Shown here: piece after piece, positions 11,200 through 21,392 of the stretch | Layout of the letters: each line of letters starts with the position of its first letter | How positions within the stretch are numbered: the stretch's first letter is position 1 | Assembly (NCBI RefSeq): GCF_006345805.1 | Contig: NW_021836285.1 | Span: 1 to 24,674, forward strand | Length of the DNA stretch: 24,674 nt | Direction: 5' to 3' | Source: Octopus sinensis | Lineage: Eukaryota | Made by a program: the position numbers and the translations under genes | The notes under the pieces: generated by a model | What the model was told of the DNA's origin: nothing | Seen by the model: only the letters and a program-made list of their open reading frames with translations | Database searches by the model: none

Positions 11200-11454
11200 C
11201 TGAAAAAATATTGAGAAATATATATATATATATTTATATATATATATCAGAAATATTAAATTTCTAAATATCTCATAGAGGTATGTACGGTGGTGGGGCG
11301 ATAGAGTGGTTGTATACTGTCAGTTTAACGTGACAGTCCCGTATGGGAATTACACCACCGCTGTTTAGCCCTAGGACACATCGACGCTTCCTGTCGGCCT
11401 TGATACATTTCCTTATATTTGCGAAGGGGAGACAAACACCCCCAACAGCTAGGC

Positions 11455-11513
11455 CTGCATCTAGAGACACGCATGTTTCAGGGTCTTTGCCCATCATCGG
11501 TCTAGAGTAGCAG
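11455..11513 (-). ncRNA. Type I hammerhead motif, CCGAUGA core (left arm)
   Basis: Mirror image of 11641-11699 with the same core and stems. Confidence 0.7.
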
Positions 11514-11640
11514 AGGCCTGCTAGCTGAAGATATCTGTCTAGACTTCGTAAATATATATATATATTTTCAGTGAAATTTATTCACTGATCACCAAAGTAT
11601 ATTTACGAAGTCGAGACAGATATCTTCAGCTAGCAGGCTT

Positions 11641-11699
11641 CTGCTACTCTAGACCGATGATGGGCAAAGACCCTGAAACATGCGTGTCTCTAGATGCAG
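11641..11699 (+). ncRNA. Type I hammerhead motif, CCGAUGA core (right arm)
   Basis: ctgcta-c-tctaga-CCGATGA-t-GGG-caaaga-CCC-t-GAAAC-atgcgt-GTC^-tctaga-tgcag. Extended stem I; near-palindromic stem III acatgcgtgt. Confidence 0.7.
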
Positions 11700-11880
11700 G
11701 CCTAGCTGTTGGGGGTATTTGTCTCCCCTTCGTAAATATATAAGGACACAGGAAATGTGTCGAAGCCGACAGGAAGCGTCGATGCTTCCTAGGGCTAAAC
11801 AGCGGGGGTGTAATTCCCTTACTGTCACGTTAAGTTGACAGTATACAACCACTCTCTCTCTCTCTCTCTCCATATATATA

Positions 11881-11924
<44 letters not shown>

Positions 11925-12374
11925 AACTAAAATCATTGAACAAACAAATGCAAGGTCATCCGCATATCATTTCATAATTCGAACATTTGATTATAGAATA
12001 AACATATAACCCACAAGATGGAACAAAATCCATCTGTATAGTACATAATAATAATAATATGGTGCGAGAAAAATTCTTATCATTAAAAATTTAGATTTAA
12101 TATTTTAGCGATTCAAAGAAGATACATTTATAAAAGGACGTAGAAAGTAAAATATAATATAAGTAATATATTAAAAAAATATATAGGTATATAAAAATAT
12201 AGGTATATAAAAAAATATAAAACATATATATATATATATAGGAGCATATAAAAAAAATATATAATATATATCATGTAAATAAAGTAAAATAAGGTTCATC
12301 GTTTAGAAATCTTATTAAATAAATAATTCAGGTAAAATAAGCCTTATAATTAAGAAGGAAATCATGTTTACTTA

Positions 12375-12451
12375 TCCCTATGGCCATTTCAGGGGTGTAT
12401 TATGTTTAAAGCACTAGGGTGCATTCAGATAATACCTCCTTCGTCAGGGGA
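12375..12451 (-). ncRNA. Type I hammerhead ribozyme, canonical core
   Basis: tccc-CTGACGA-aggaggtattat-(inner hairpin gcac-ccta-gtgc)-ataatacacccct-GAAA-TGGCCA-TA^-ggga. Stem III is the palindrome ATGGCCAT. Confidence 0.8.
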
Positions 12452-12739
12452 AAAAAAAAAAATATATATGTAAACACAAAGATAGACATCTGTTTTATTA
12501 TTACCCACTAGGGGCGAACATAGAGGGGACAATACAATCTGATGTGGGGTCAGATACACGAATGGGATTACAAAAAGATGAATTTAAAAATTTACAAAAA
12601 TTACAAAAATATAAAGAAATCGAAGAAATCGAATGAAGAACAGACCGGAAGACATTACGGATGGAGTGGGAGCGGGTTTAGCTCGGACCCCACGAGCCCC
12701 GCCTCACCACTGATACTTTGGTTTCGTCTAGTATTACAT

Positions 12740-15700
12740 TTATGTGGTATCATCCACTCGCAACTTTCGTGCTACATCCTTCCATCGTTCTTCATATACT
12801 CTCTTAGTCAGGCATTTTCTCTCCAGCCCTATCTTCCTTTTCAGGTGAAAGATGAATTCATCAATCCAGGGCCGGAGATGAACTTACCTGACCGTATACC
12901 ATTCATCCTAGTCTTCCAAATCACCTCTTTCGCAATTGCTACTACAACGAGAAAACAATTCTTACCTTCTTTCGCGAGGAATCTGGTGGTCAATTTTTAA
13001 TAGACTCAGTCGACAGCTGTACTCTTCGTGTGCTTGACAACAGCTGTTCGGCATAAACCCACACCTCTGACACGACCGAACAATGAACAATAGCGTGCGG
13101 GACGGTTTCCCTATCCCGCTCGCATCTTGGACATATCGGACTGCCCCGGCCACCGTGCCTTGCGAGTTTATCCCGAACAGGTAGAGCTCCTCTGTAACAC
13201 TGCCATGCCAGAGACTTCTGGTAGTTGTCCAGGGTCTTCGGCCCGAATGTACGTTGGAACAGACTGGCCAGCTGGTTATCGTCGAGACCTAGGGCTTCCC
13301 CTAAGGTATCTTCACATTCCGCCTCTACCAACCCTCTATAGAAGAACGTGGTGGAACCTCCACCGCAGGCGTTGCCCGAGCGACGGAATAGCAGGAGAGC
13401 CTTGCGACACTCCGTGTACCATGTGCCCAGTTTCGATCTACGATTCAGCCAGGTTTCCCGTCCACCGAAACTAGTGAACTTGGGAAACATCAGTTTTGCT
13501 AGCGGAGACCACACCCGTTAACCATCCAGGTAGAGCCACAGATGTCTTAACCTCAGCGCATGTCTGCGCATCATCAGCCAAGGCATCCCTAGTCCACTCT
13601 TTAACGGTTGTTGACAGCAAGTAGAGCGTTTCACAAGTAGTTTCCCGCCCTTCCACAAGTAGAAGAGCTGTCTTTCCAACTTGATCAACCACGAATCAGG
13701 GCAAGGAACGACGGATAGGCGGTAGGTGATAACCGATGCGATAAACACATTGGCTACCTCCGCCCTTCCTTTCAGGGATAGCCACCGCCAAGACCAGGTC
13801 TTGACTGCCTTAGCCACCCTGCTCGATACCTCGCCCCAGTTCTTCTCTATTTGGAGGTCTGGTCCGAACCAAACCTCTAGCAACTTAATCGGACCCTCCG
13901 TCCAACGTCCCACGACGCTGTCAGGCGGCATCGACTTGCCTCTCCAGGTGCCGAGCTGCAAGCCGACTGACTTTTCACGATTAACCTTTGCTCCTGTCAC
14001 CGTCTCGTAAACCTCTATGGCCTTGCCTACCCTCTGTAGGTGATCCATTTCGGTTACGATGATGGTGATGTCATCCGCGTAAACTGACACCGATTTTCCA
14101 CAACTTGGCTGTCTCGGGATGCCGCTCAGTTTTCGCAGTAGTGGCTCAAGAGCCACCACGTACAAAAGCGGGGAGAGCGGACACCCTTGACGAACCGAGC
14201 GCTTGATGTTGAACGGCCTCGAAAAGAAGCCGTTCACCCGAACTACCGAGTCGATGTTATCATAAATTTGGATAATCCACCTGAGGAAGCCAAGGCCCAG
14301 CCCGAACTGTGCCAGGGCAGACACCAGGTAGCGATGGTCGACCCTATCGAATGCTTTAGATTGGTCTAAATGGACCAGTGCCCCGCCCTTGCCAGAATCA
14401 CTATTAAACCCCTCTATAGTGTACCGCATAAGATGGAGATTATCCTGGATGGATCTGCCGGGAACGGCACATGTCTGTGCCTCCCCTATCAGACCATCCG
14501 CGACACGCGCCAATCTTTTCGATAACACTTTGGCCAAAATCTTCAACTCTGTGTTTAGCAGAGTGATGGGCCTAAAATTATCAATGCACTCCCCCTTGTT
14601 CGGGTCCTTTCTGACAAGTGTCACTACTCCCCGGCGCACAGATCTGGGTATGAACCCGTTCTGCTGCCAGTTTGCATAGACCTCCGTCAGTAGGTGACCG
14701 AACAGGTCTGGCATACTCTTATATAACTCATAGGGTAGACCATCCAAACCCGGCGCCTTGCCCACGCCGCAGTCCGCCATCGCCTCAACCACCTCCTCAG
14801 GCGTGATTGGCCCCTCACAGCCCTCCGCATCTTGCCCCGATAGGCGCGGCAGCCCGTCGAGGAGGTCCGTAAAGACCCTCCTGCTATCCAGTCCACCACC
14901 CCCACCGAAAAGCTGAGCGAAGTGCTCCTGAAAGGCCTCACACATCTCCTCGGGTTCGTTTATCAACTTACCTTGTTGGTTCGTCAAAGATCGAATTGTG
15001 GCATCATTACCACGCTGAGCTTCTACCACTCGGGCCCATCTCACGGCGTTGATTCCTTCACAACCCATTGCGCGGATCCTAGCCCTGACAATGCAGCCCA
15101 TGTGTTTGGCCTCGAGGTGCTGGTTTAACACCAGTCTCTTGGCCCTCACCTGATCCGCAGAGCCAGTTTTCAAGGCTTCCTCTAATTCCTTAACTAGAGT
15201 TAATTCCCTCCTAGCCTCTCTAGCCACTAATCCTATGCTATATCTAATAGACTCGAATTTGATGGCTCGCTTGAGGGCATACCACCATTTGTTATTAATG
15301 ATGGCACCAGATAGCGCCCTCTGAATTATAGTCCTAATCCGGTCTCTGTACTCCTTAATCGCCAAAAGGGACGTATTAAGTTTCCAATAACCGGAGCCTC
15401 TATTTTTAACCTTATCTATGTCAAGCTTACAAGTGACCATTTTATGATCACTGTAGCTGACCAGGTAAAACTGTGGACACTTAGCTATTTTTCTGTCTAC
15501 TTTTCTAATTAGTATCCTATCTATGTATGACCTGGAAGATCCGTCGCTGCTTGACCATGTCCACAATGGAGCGTTCGGAAATTCCAACCTATAAGGATCT
15601 GCTAGCTCAAAGCGGCTTAGCAGTTCCAGGAAGCCGATGTTGCCTTTTCTATCTGGACGCAAGCTAACACAATCTACATCCGCTTTGCAAATTGTGTTAA

Positions 15701-16126
15701 AGTCTCCTAGCACAACTAATGAATGTGAAGTACCAAGAAACTTCTCCAGTTCTCGAAAATAATCACTTTGCTGCCCCTTTTGGATGGGTGCGTAAATTGC
15801 AACCAGTCTGATAACTTTACCGTTACTGAACGTCAAATCTATGACGACCAGCCTACCTTCTGGATCTGAAAAAATTTACTTTTTCTCAAAAACCCGGTTT
15901 CTTTTTAATAGGACCAATACCCCACCCCCGCTGGTAGGACCGGCCGGAGAGAAAAACTCTCGTAGCCGTCAAACAGCGGGAGTAGACCTCTTGGCCCCTC
16001 TAACCGGGTTTCTGTAGCAACAATAACATCCAAATTTCGCGACCTGATATCATTAAGGAAACTACCTTGCTTCCCGCTTGATCCCAGGCCGCGCACATTT
16101 AAACAACCAACATAAATTCAATCCAT
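12740..16126 (-). pseudogene. LINE ORF2: APE endonuclease + reverse transcriptase + C-terminal CxxC..H..C motif, disrupted
   Basis: APE motifs LNVRGL, ATETR, LGDFN, YIDRILI, SDHK. RT motifs KAPGLDG, FRPITLLN, LDQSKAFDRV, RQGCPLSP, YADD. C-terminal CPRC..ETVPHAIVHC. Lesions: TGA at codon 3, a frameshift in a T-run near 15953, TAA near 15877, TAA at 13518-13520, and shifts near 12990 and 12853. Confidence 0.92.
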
Positions 16127-16134
16127 GGCTTACC

Positions 16135-17446
16135 TTATATCAGTGGTTCGACTTGTTCTTTTTCTTCACTTTTTCCTTCACTTTTTTTTTCTTTTTCCTG
16201 GGCTCGTGGGGGAGTCTGACGCAGGCCCTCGTATATATATGGTGAAGATATGTCCATTCTCAGAGGGCCCACGTCATGATAAAACTCGGACTTTATCCGT
16301 CCGTACTCCTTCCGGCCTATTCTGTACAAAATAAAATCTTTTGTTTTTTTGATTTTCTCTACTTTTGCCATAGCTGCCAAAACGTTGGTTAGTCTATTAT
16401 TAGAAGCCTTAATGGCCATAAATGAGTTCGTTGTTTCCTTTCTTTTTTTTTTGGCTCACTTTCAGAGGGGTGGTTTCTTTTTTTCTTTTTTTCTTTTTTT
16501 CTTTACGATTTTCTCCTACCCCTCCTCATTTTCTTTTTCCTCGCAGCTTGTTGTTGATTCTGTTGTATCTGCTGCCTCTTTTCTTTCTGCTGTTTTTCCT
16601 GAGTCGTCTGGTGTTGTCTCTGGTGAAGCTTCTTGCTTTTTCTTTTCTGGTTGAGCTGCTTCCTGCGGTTTAGGTTGGCACTCTGCCCTCACGTGCCCCT
16701 TTTTACCGCAGCCGAAGCACCTCGGCTTTCTGCCTTCTACGAAGACCATCACTCTCTTCTCCTCGCTGATCTTCAGCGTCTCTGGTATTTCCTCTAGGGT
16801 TTGTACCTCCGCCTGAATTGACATTGATATGCATTGGCCTTGCCAATGCTCCTCCTCCTCCTCTACTGTAGCCTGGAGGATATTAATCTTGTCTTCCAGG
16901 CCTAACATCACTGCCGCCACCAGGCATGTGGCGTCTGCTTCTGGGGGAATATTTTTTATTAATATCTTTGATGTCCTTCTGCCTCTGTACAGGGGAAGAA
17001 GGACAATGTTCTCTGCTTTCAACGGTTCAGTTGATAGCTTCTTAGCTATCTCTTCCGTCCTGAACCTTACTTCTACTGTACCAAATTTTTTACCGCGATT
17101 TAAGTAGATGATATCTTGCCATACTGACTTCAAGCAGTTTTCTTTTTTTTTTTCTTCTATTTTTTTCTTCTATTCTTTGAATAGTTCTACTTGTGGTGTT
17201 GAACGTTTTATATATAATTCTTTGTTTTTCCACTTTCTCAATTTTTTTCCTGTCTGGTGTTATGTTCACTTCCGTTCCTCCTTTTTTAACACTGCTGTGT
17301 ATTTTTCCAGGTTTTCTGCATCGATTTTCCTGTTTTTTCCCCGCAACTTCAGCGAACTTCTTTGCTGGGGCTTCTGCTGCTTTAGGTGGCACCGCCGGTG
17401 AACCTTCTTCACCTGACACTGGTGAATCGGAGCTAGAGGTGTCCAT
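16135..17446 (-). pseudogene. LINE ORF1 (RRM-like region + single CCHC zinc knuckle), disrupted
   Basis: Starts MDTSSSDSP at 17446, contains FGTVEVRF...ILIKNIPP...VFVEGRKPRCFGCGKKGHVRAEC, and ends VEPLI* at 16135. It is split by poly(A) slips and a TAG at 16516-16518. Confidence 0.85.
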
Positions 17447-17789
17447 CTCCGAGTCTGGCTTTAACAAGCCTTTCAATTGAAAACAAGAAAAAAGTTCTGG
17501 CCTCTTGTGTGTTTTCACAATAATGTATAACAATAATAATTCCCCCACGGAGGGGGGGACTCTAATACGTAGTCTTCGCGCGAAGGCTAATAACAAAATT
17601 TGTACGAAAGACAAATTAACACAGCAGTAAACAACCGTAACAGTAATTAATTAAATAAACAAACCGATATTCACCAAGGCTAGCACAATGTTGTTCGCTT
17701 TCCCACTGTGGTATTCATGCTCGGATGGCCCAAAAGATAAAGCAGTAAAAGAATTTTTCTTTTAAAGAGAAGGCGGTAAAAAAAAAAAA

Positions 17790-18210
17790 TTAAATCAAAT
17801 TAATTCCAATTAAATTAAATTGAATTAAATTGATTTAAAATGAGCCTCCGTGGTTTCAAATCCTGCAAAACTTAAATACTTTTATTTCTCAATTTATTTA
17901 ATTTCTATATACTCAAAAAGAATGGGTTTACTTAACTAAATTAAACTGAATTAAATTGAGTTAAAATTGAATTAAATTGAGCCTTCGAGGTTTCAAATCC
18001 TGCAACAGCTAAACCAATTATTTTTTACAACTTATTTTTTTCCTAAGACTCAGAAGGAATGGGTGCATTAAATTAAATTAAATTAATTTCAATTAACTAA
18101 ACTGAAATAAATTGAGTTACATTGAGCCTCCATGGTTTCCATCCTGCAAAAGCTAAATCCATTACTTACTACAATTTATTTTATTCCTGTAGATTATCAG
18201 GAATGTAGAA
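17790..18210. repeat. Three imperfect tandem units (~137-145 bp) overlapping the PLE ORF 3' end
   Basis: The motif gagcct..(t/a)ggtttc.aatcctgcaa..gctaaa recurs at 17842, 17979 and 18124. Confidence 0.85.
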
Positions 18211-19631
18211 GAAAATTTATGTATGCAAAAGGGGATCACGTCCGTAAATTTATTCAGAATGTGCGGTCCATAACACCTAAGGATGGTAAGTGATTCCCTT
18301 ATGCATAGCCTACACTTGCTGATATTTCTCTTGAAGTTTGGGGTTTTAGAAATGATGGACCATTTTAGAAAATAATTCTTATTGTTCTTTCTCAAGTTGT
18401 GTATATGCGATGCAAGTGTAGTTGAGTTATAGTATTTTTCGTTAGCAAAAGAGCTCATGTGTGATCTATATCGCGCCTTGAAATCCATCGTACTACCTAT
18501 ATAAAATTTGTTTAGCTTATCTACATCCCTGACTACACATTTATATATTACGTTGGTAACCAGACAGGAACCATCCAAAGGACATAATTTGGGTTTCCTA
18601 CAGTTACATGTCTTTCCGGGGCCTTTCCTAATTTTTTTCCTATTGTTATCTTTACTTATTTTATCTCCAGTTCCAGACGGGTTTCCCTCATTCCTTCCCT
18701 CAAAACTACCCTTATTACATGGGTTCGATGAGTCCGGTAACGGTAGACCGCTTGTAGCTTTGGTATTCGGCTTTACAGGATTATCAAACACATTTCCTTG
18801 GTCATCCTCAAAGGAACCTTTTTTGCCGTTCCACCTAGTAAGCTTGCTTCTATTGATTGAAGCAATGATGGAAGCAAAGTTAGGCATTACAGAATAGGAG
18901 AATTTTATCATCGACTTGTTGAAGATGCTATAATATTTATGGTCCTTTGGGAAGTTCTCCTTCAGAATCTTAAAAAATAGTTTCGGTAAATTCCTTACTC
19001 TAAGGGAGAAAGGGGGAGCGAACCAAATAACTTCCCTTATTCTAGGCCGTGAACGTCCTGTTTTGCTTAACTCCTTATCAAGATTTTTAATTTCCTTATA
19101 CCTACACCTACTGCGGTTATCCCTAAACATATTATTATTCCTAAACATATTATTATTATTCAAAGGCCTCTTATTATTACAGTATTTATTATTGTATTTA
19201 TCTATAGTAATTGCAACTTGCTTAATTGGCAAACCAGCCATCTTGTTTTTGAGTCTAGTATTAAAGATATAGAATATTTTAGACTTGAAACCACTTAAAC
19301 TTAGGGCATTATCATACACCGGTGCATGCTGCTCAAAAATCTCTTCGTTCGCAGATAAATTGGATATTCTAGTTGAAATCGCAGTTATGATACTATCTAT
19401 TGTGGATTTCGGATGATTAGATGACACATTGATATATGCTATCGACTTATTAGCCTTACGAAAGGGATAATATAGACCGGTATTAAGACACAAGGTAACG
19501 TCCAAGAAATTTACCACCCTAGAGTTACTGTCGAAGATGATATCAAGATTTAAAAAATCCTTCAAAAAGCTTCTCAACGACTTCTTTAATCTGTTTAATT
19601 CGGTCTTAGAGAGGCCCCTGACAAGAAACAA
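18162..19631 (-). CDS. Penelope-like element ORF, 5'-truncated: RT thumb region + C-terminal GIY-YIG endonuclease
   Basis: VNFLDVTL, YINVSSNHP, RISNLS..YDNAL..SGF, VIWFAPPFS, KFSYSVMPN (PLE RT C-terminus); then CNCR..CPLDGSCL..NVIY..FYIG..FKARY..H..LKWSII..CRLCIRE..LNK (GIY-YIG). No YxDD. The TTG start is preceded by an in-frame TAA, so it is probably not a real start. Confidence 0.85.
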   Translation of the reverse strand: MFLVRGLSKTELNRLKKSLRSFLKDFLNLDIIFDSNSRVVNFLDVTLCLNTGLYYPFRKANKSIAYINVSSNHPKSTIDSIITAISTRISNLSANEEIFEQHAPVYDNALSLSGFKSKIFYIFNTRLKNKMAGLPIKQVAITIDKYNNKYCNNKRPLNNNNMFRNNNMFRDNRSRCRYKEIKNLDKELSKTGRSRPRIREVIWFAPPFSLRVRNLPKLFFKILKENFPKDHKYYSIFNKSMIKFSYSVMPNFASIIASINRSKLTRWNGKKGSFEDDQGNVFDNPVKPNTKATSGLPLPDSSNPCNKGSFEGRNEGNPSGTGDKISKDNNRKKIRKGPGKTCNCRKPKLCPLDGSCLVTNVIYKCVVRDVDKLNKFYIGSTMDFKARYRSHMSSFANEKYYNSTTLASHIHNLRKNNKNYFLKWSIISKTPNFKRNISKCRLCIRESLTILRCYGPHILNKFTDVIPFCIHKFSSTFLIIYRNKINCSK

Positions 19632-19701
19632 TTATTGTATTATTAATATCGATATATATATATATATAATTTAGGCTTTCAAATTATATTGCTTTTGGAA
19701 C

Positions 19702-19777
19702 GATCGTACTGATGAATCTACGGACGAAGGATTACGTAAGTAATTTATTCGGTAACAGACGAAACCGATATACGATT
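19702..19777 (+). ncRNA. Type I hammerhead-like motif with long stem II; stems II and III imperfect
   Basis: gatcgta-CTGATGA-a-tct...(attac-GTAA-gtaat hairpin)...aga-c-GAAA-ccg-ATA^-tacgatt. Stem I is 7 bp; C15.2/A16.2 is a mismatch. Confidence 0.6.
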
Positions 19778-20014
19778 AATTCTTGATTTTTATGTAATTT
19801 TCATCTGTCTTGCTTGCCTATGTTCTGGTGTTCGCTGAATTTTCTCTGGAGAACAATCTTTCTTTGTAGTTAGATCGTTTGTGATCTTCTAGCATATGGT
19901 TATCCACCTAGTGGTTTTTAGCCCTAAATATACATACATATATATATATATAAAACACATTATTGGTGAATTGAAGAAATGGAGCTGAACGCAGATTGAA
20001 CAGAAATCGTTTTA

Positions 20015-20104
20015 TTTCTCTACACGTGTTTCGAAAGGCACAAATTACCAAAATCCGATTGAATAATGGGACCATATTGTTGTGTCTTTCTCTTCAGGAA
20101 GAAA
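20015..20104 (-). ncRNA. Type I hammerhead ribozyme, canonical core (left arm)
   Basis: ttc-CTGAAGA-gaaag-acacaa...ttgtgc-ctttc-GAAAC-acgt-GTA^-gagaaa. Confidence 0.8.
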
Positions 20105-20257
20105 AAAGGAAATCCGTTGGAAAACAAAAACAGAACAGAGGCAGAGCAAAAAACAATCGAACTGTGCTCCTAAGAGCCCATGGGCTCTTAGGAGCACAGT
20201 TCGATTTGTTTTTTCTCTGCCTCTGTTCTGTTTTTGTTTTTCCAACGGATTTCCTTT

Positions 20258-20345
20258 TTTCTTCCTGAAGAGAAAGACACAATATGGTCCCATTATCAAT
20301 CGGATTTTGGTAATTTGTGCCTTTCGAAACACGTGTAGAATGAAA
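20258..20345 (+). ncRNA. Type I hammerhead ribozyme, canonical core (right arm)
   Basis: tttcttc-CTGAAGA-gaaag-acacaa...ttgtgc-ctttc-GAAAC-acgt-GTA^(20337)-gaatgaaa. Stem III is the palindrome ACACGTGT. Confidence 0.85.
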
Positions 20346-20548
20346 TAAAACGATTTCTGTTCAATCTGCGTTCAGCTCCATTCTTCAATTCACCAATAAT
20401 GTTTTAATTTCAATTATCCGCACCAACGCACGGTTGCAACGCCAGATGGTTGTACCTCCAACCGTGCTGTTCACTGCTGTGATTTTTGCTACTAGGTATC
20501 GGTTAAACTTTTGATTAATCTACTACAAGATTATTCATCTTTCTATTT

Positions 20549-20592
<44 letters not shown>

Positions 20593-20593
<1 letters not shown>

Positions 20594-21165
20594 TAGCAGT
20601 GTAGCCCGGCGTTGTTCGGGTTTGTTTTTTAGTTGCGCTTCGTTCATTCGTTCTGTCTTATGCTAATGCAATTAGTTTTTCTCATAGAAAATCGATTGAA
20701 ATCGCTGAATTGTACTCAACGATGTAGCAGTTGACGACCTTGAAAATTAGTGCACGGAGCGAACATTATTCCTCTGCATTGGATCAGCTGATCCGTCGTT
20801 CGCTCAAAACCAATGACATCACAAAAATAATTTTTTCGACCCTTTACAATTAGAATTTTTGAAAAGTAGATATGCTGCATTATGTAGCTTGTTATTCTCT
20901 TTAAGTGAACATTTCTGGTTGAAATACACCGAAAAATGGCGACACAGCAGTCAAAAAATCGTAAAAATGAGGATTTTCATAGAAAAAAAGCACCTTTTTG
21001 ATGTAAATGATTTTTGGTCTTAACATGGTCCGATTTGATTTTTTTCTTCTACGGAATAAAGAGCAAGCCTTCTTCTATCATACTCTCAACTTGCGCCACA
21101 GCGTCTCGGAGGAGTTAGTTGAAGGCTACCAAACCCGCCACACACACACACACAGACGACTTCAG

Positions 21166-21170
<5 letters not shown>
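20593..21170 (-). mobile_element. Non-autonomous Helitron-like element
   Basis: The minus strand ends in the hairpin cccg..cggg, ~9 nt, then CTAG|T. The other end, cacagacgacttcagctttta(ta)n, resembles Helitron-derived short elements. The 5' end is not resolved. Confidence 0.55.

Positions 21171-21248
<78 letters not shown>
21168..21248. repeat. (TA)n microsatellite
   Basis: Seen directly. Confidence 0.95.
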
Positions 21249-21251
<3 letters not shown>

Positions 21252-21392
21252 TATGGAGTAAAAGTAGCTCTAGCGTAATAAATATTATTAAATACATACA
21301 CTAATGTATATGCTTTTTGTATTTTCCGCTGGTTACATGACCATATAAGTCGTGGGCTGGCTAGGTAAGTCGCCCTCCACTTATTAGAGTGC

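Larger units (their letters stand above)
11303..11855. repeat. Long inverted repeat (~255-bp arms, 41-nt spacer), PLE inverted pseudo-LTR-like
   Basis: 11303-11556 is the reverse complement of 11598-11855 with scattered substitutions and indels. The spacer holds the hairpin tcagtgaa-attta-ttcactga (11568-11588). Confidence 0.95.
12485..17732 (-). mobile_element. Near full-length Tx1/L1-like non-LTR retrotransposon; ends approximate
   Basis: 5' UTR, ORF1 with a CCHC knuckle, an 8-nt gap, ORF2 (APE-RT-zinc motif), and a ~250-nt 3' UTR with aataaa near 12495. A weak candidate TSD AAAGATA lies at 12478-12484 and 17733-17739. Confidence 0.9.
19951..20406. repeat. Spacer-less palindrome (arms ~230/226 bp), centre 20180|20181
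   Basis: ...ctaagagccca|tgggctcttag...; the arms differ almost only by 1-3 nt indels. Confidence 0.97.

Noticed and set aside
12542-17480. Plus-strand and alternative-frame ORFs overlapping the LINE
   Set aside because: Antisense shadows of the LINE ORFs with no recognisable motifs.
18508-19272. Plus-strand ORFs over the PLE ORF
   Set aside because: Antisense shadows.
19996-20348. Mirror-image ORF pairs on both strands (also 11273-11497 / 11649-11873)
   Set aside because: A by-product of the inverted repeats; no coding signal.
21361-21370. AG|GTAAGT donor-like site on the plus strand
   Set aside because: No acceptor or open exon upstream; it lies in a probable pLTR relic.
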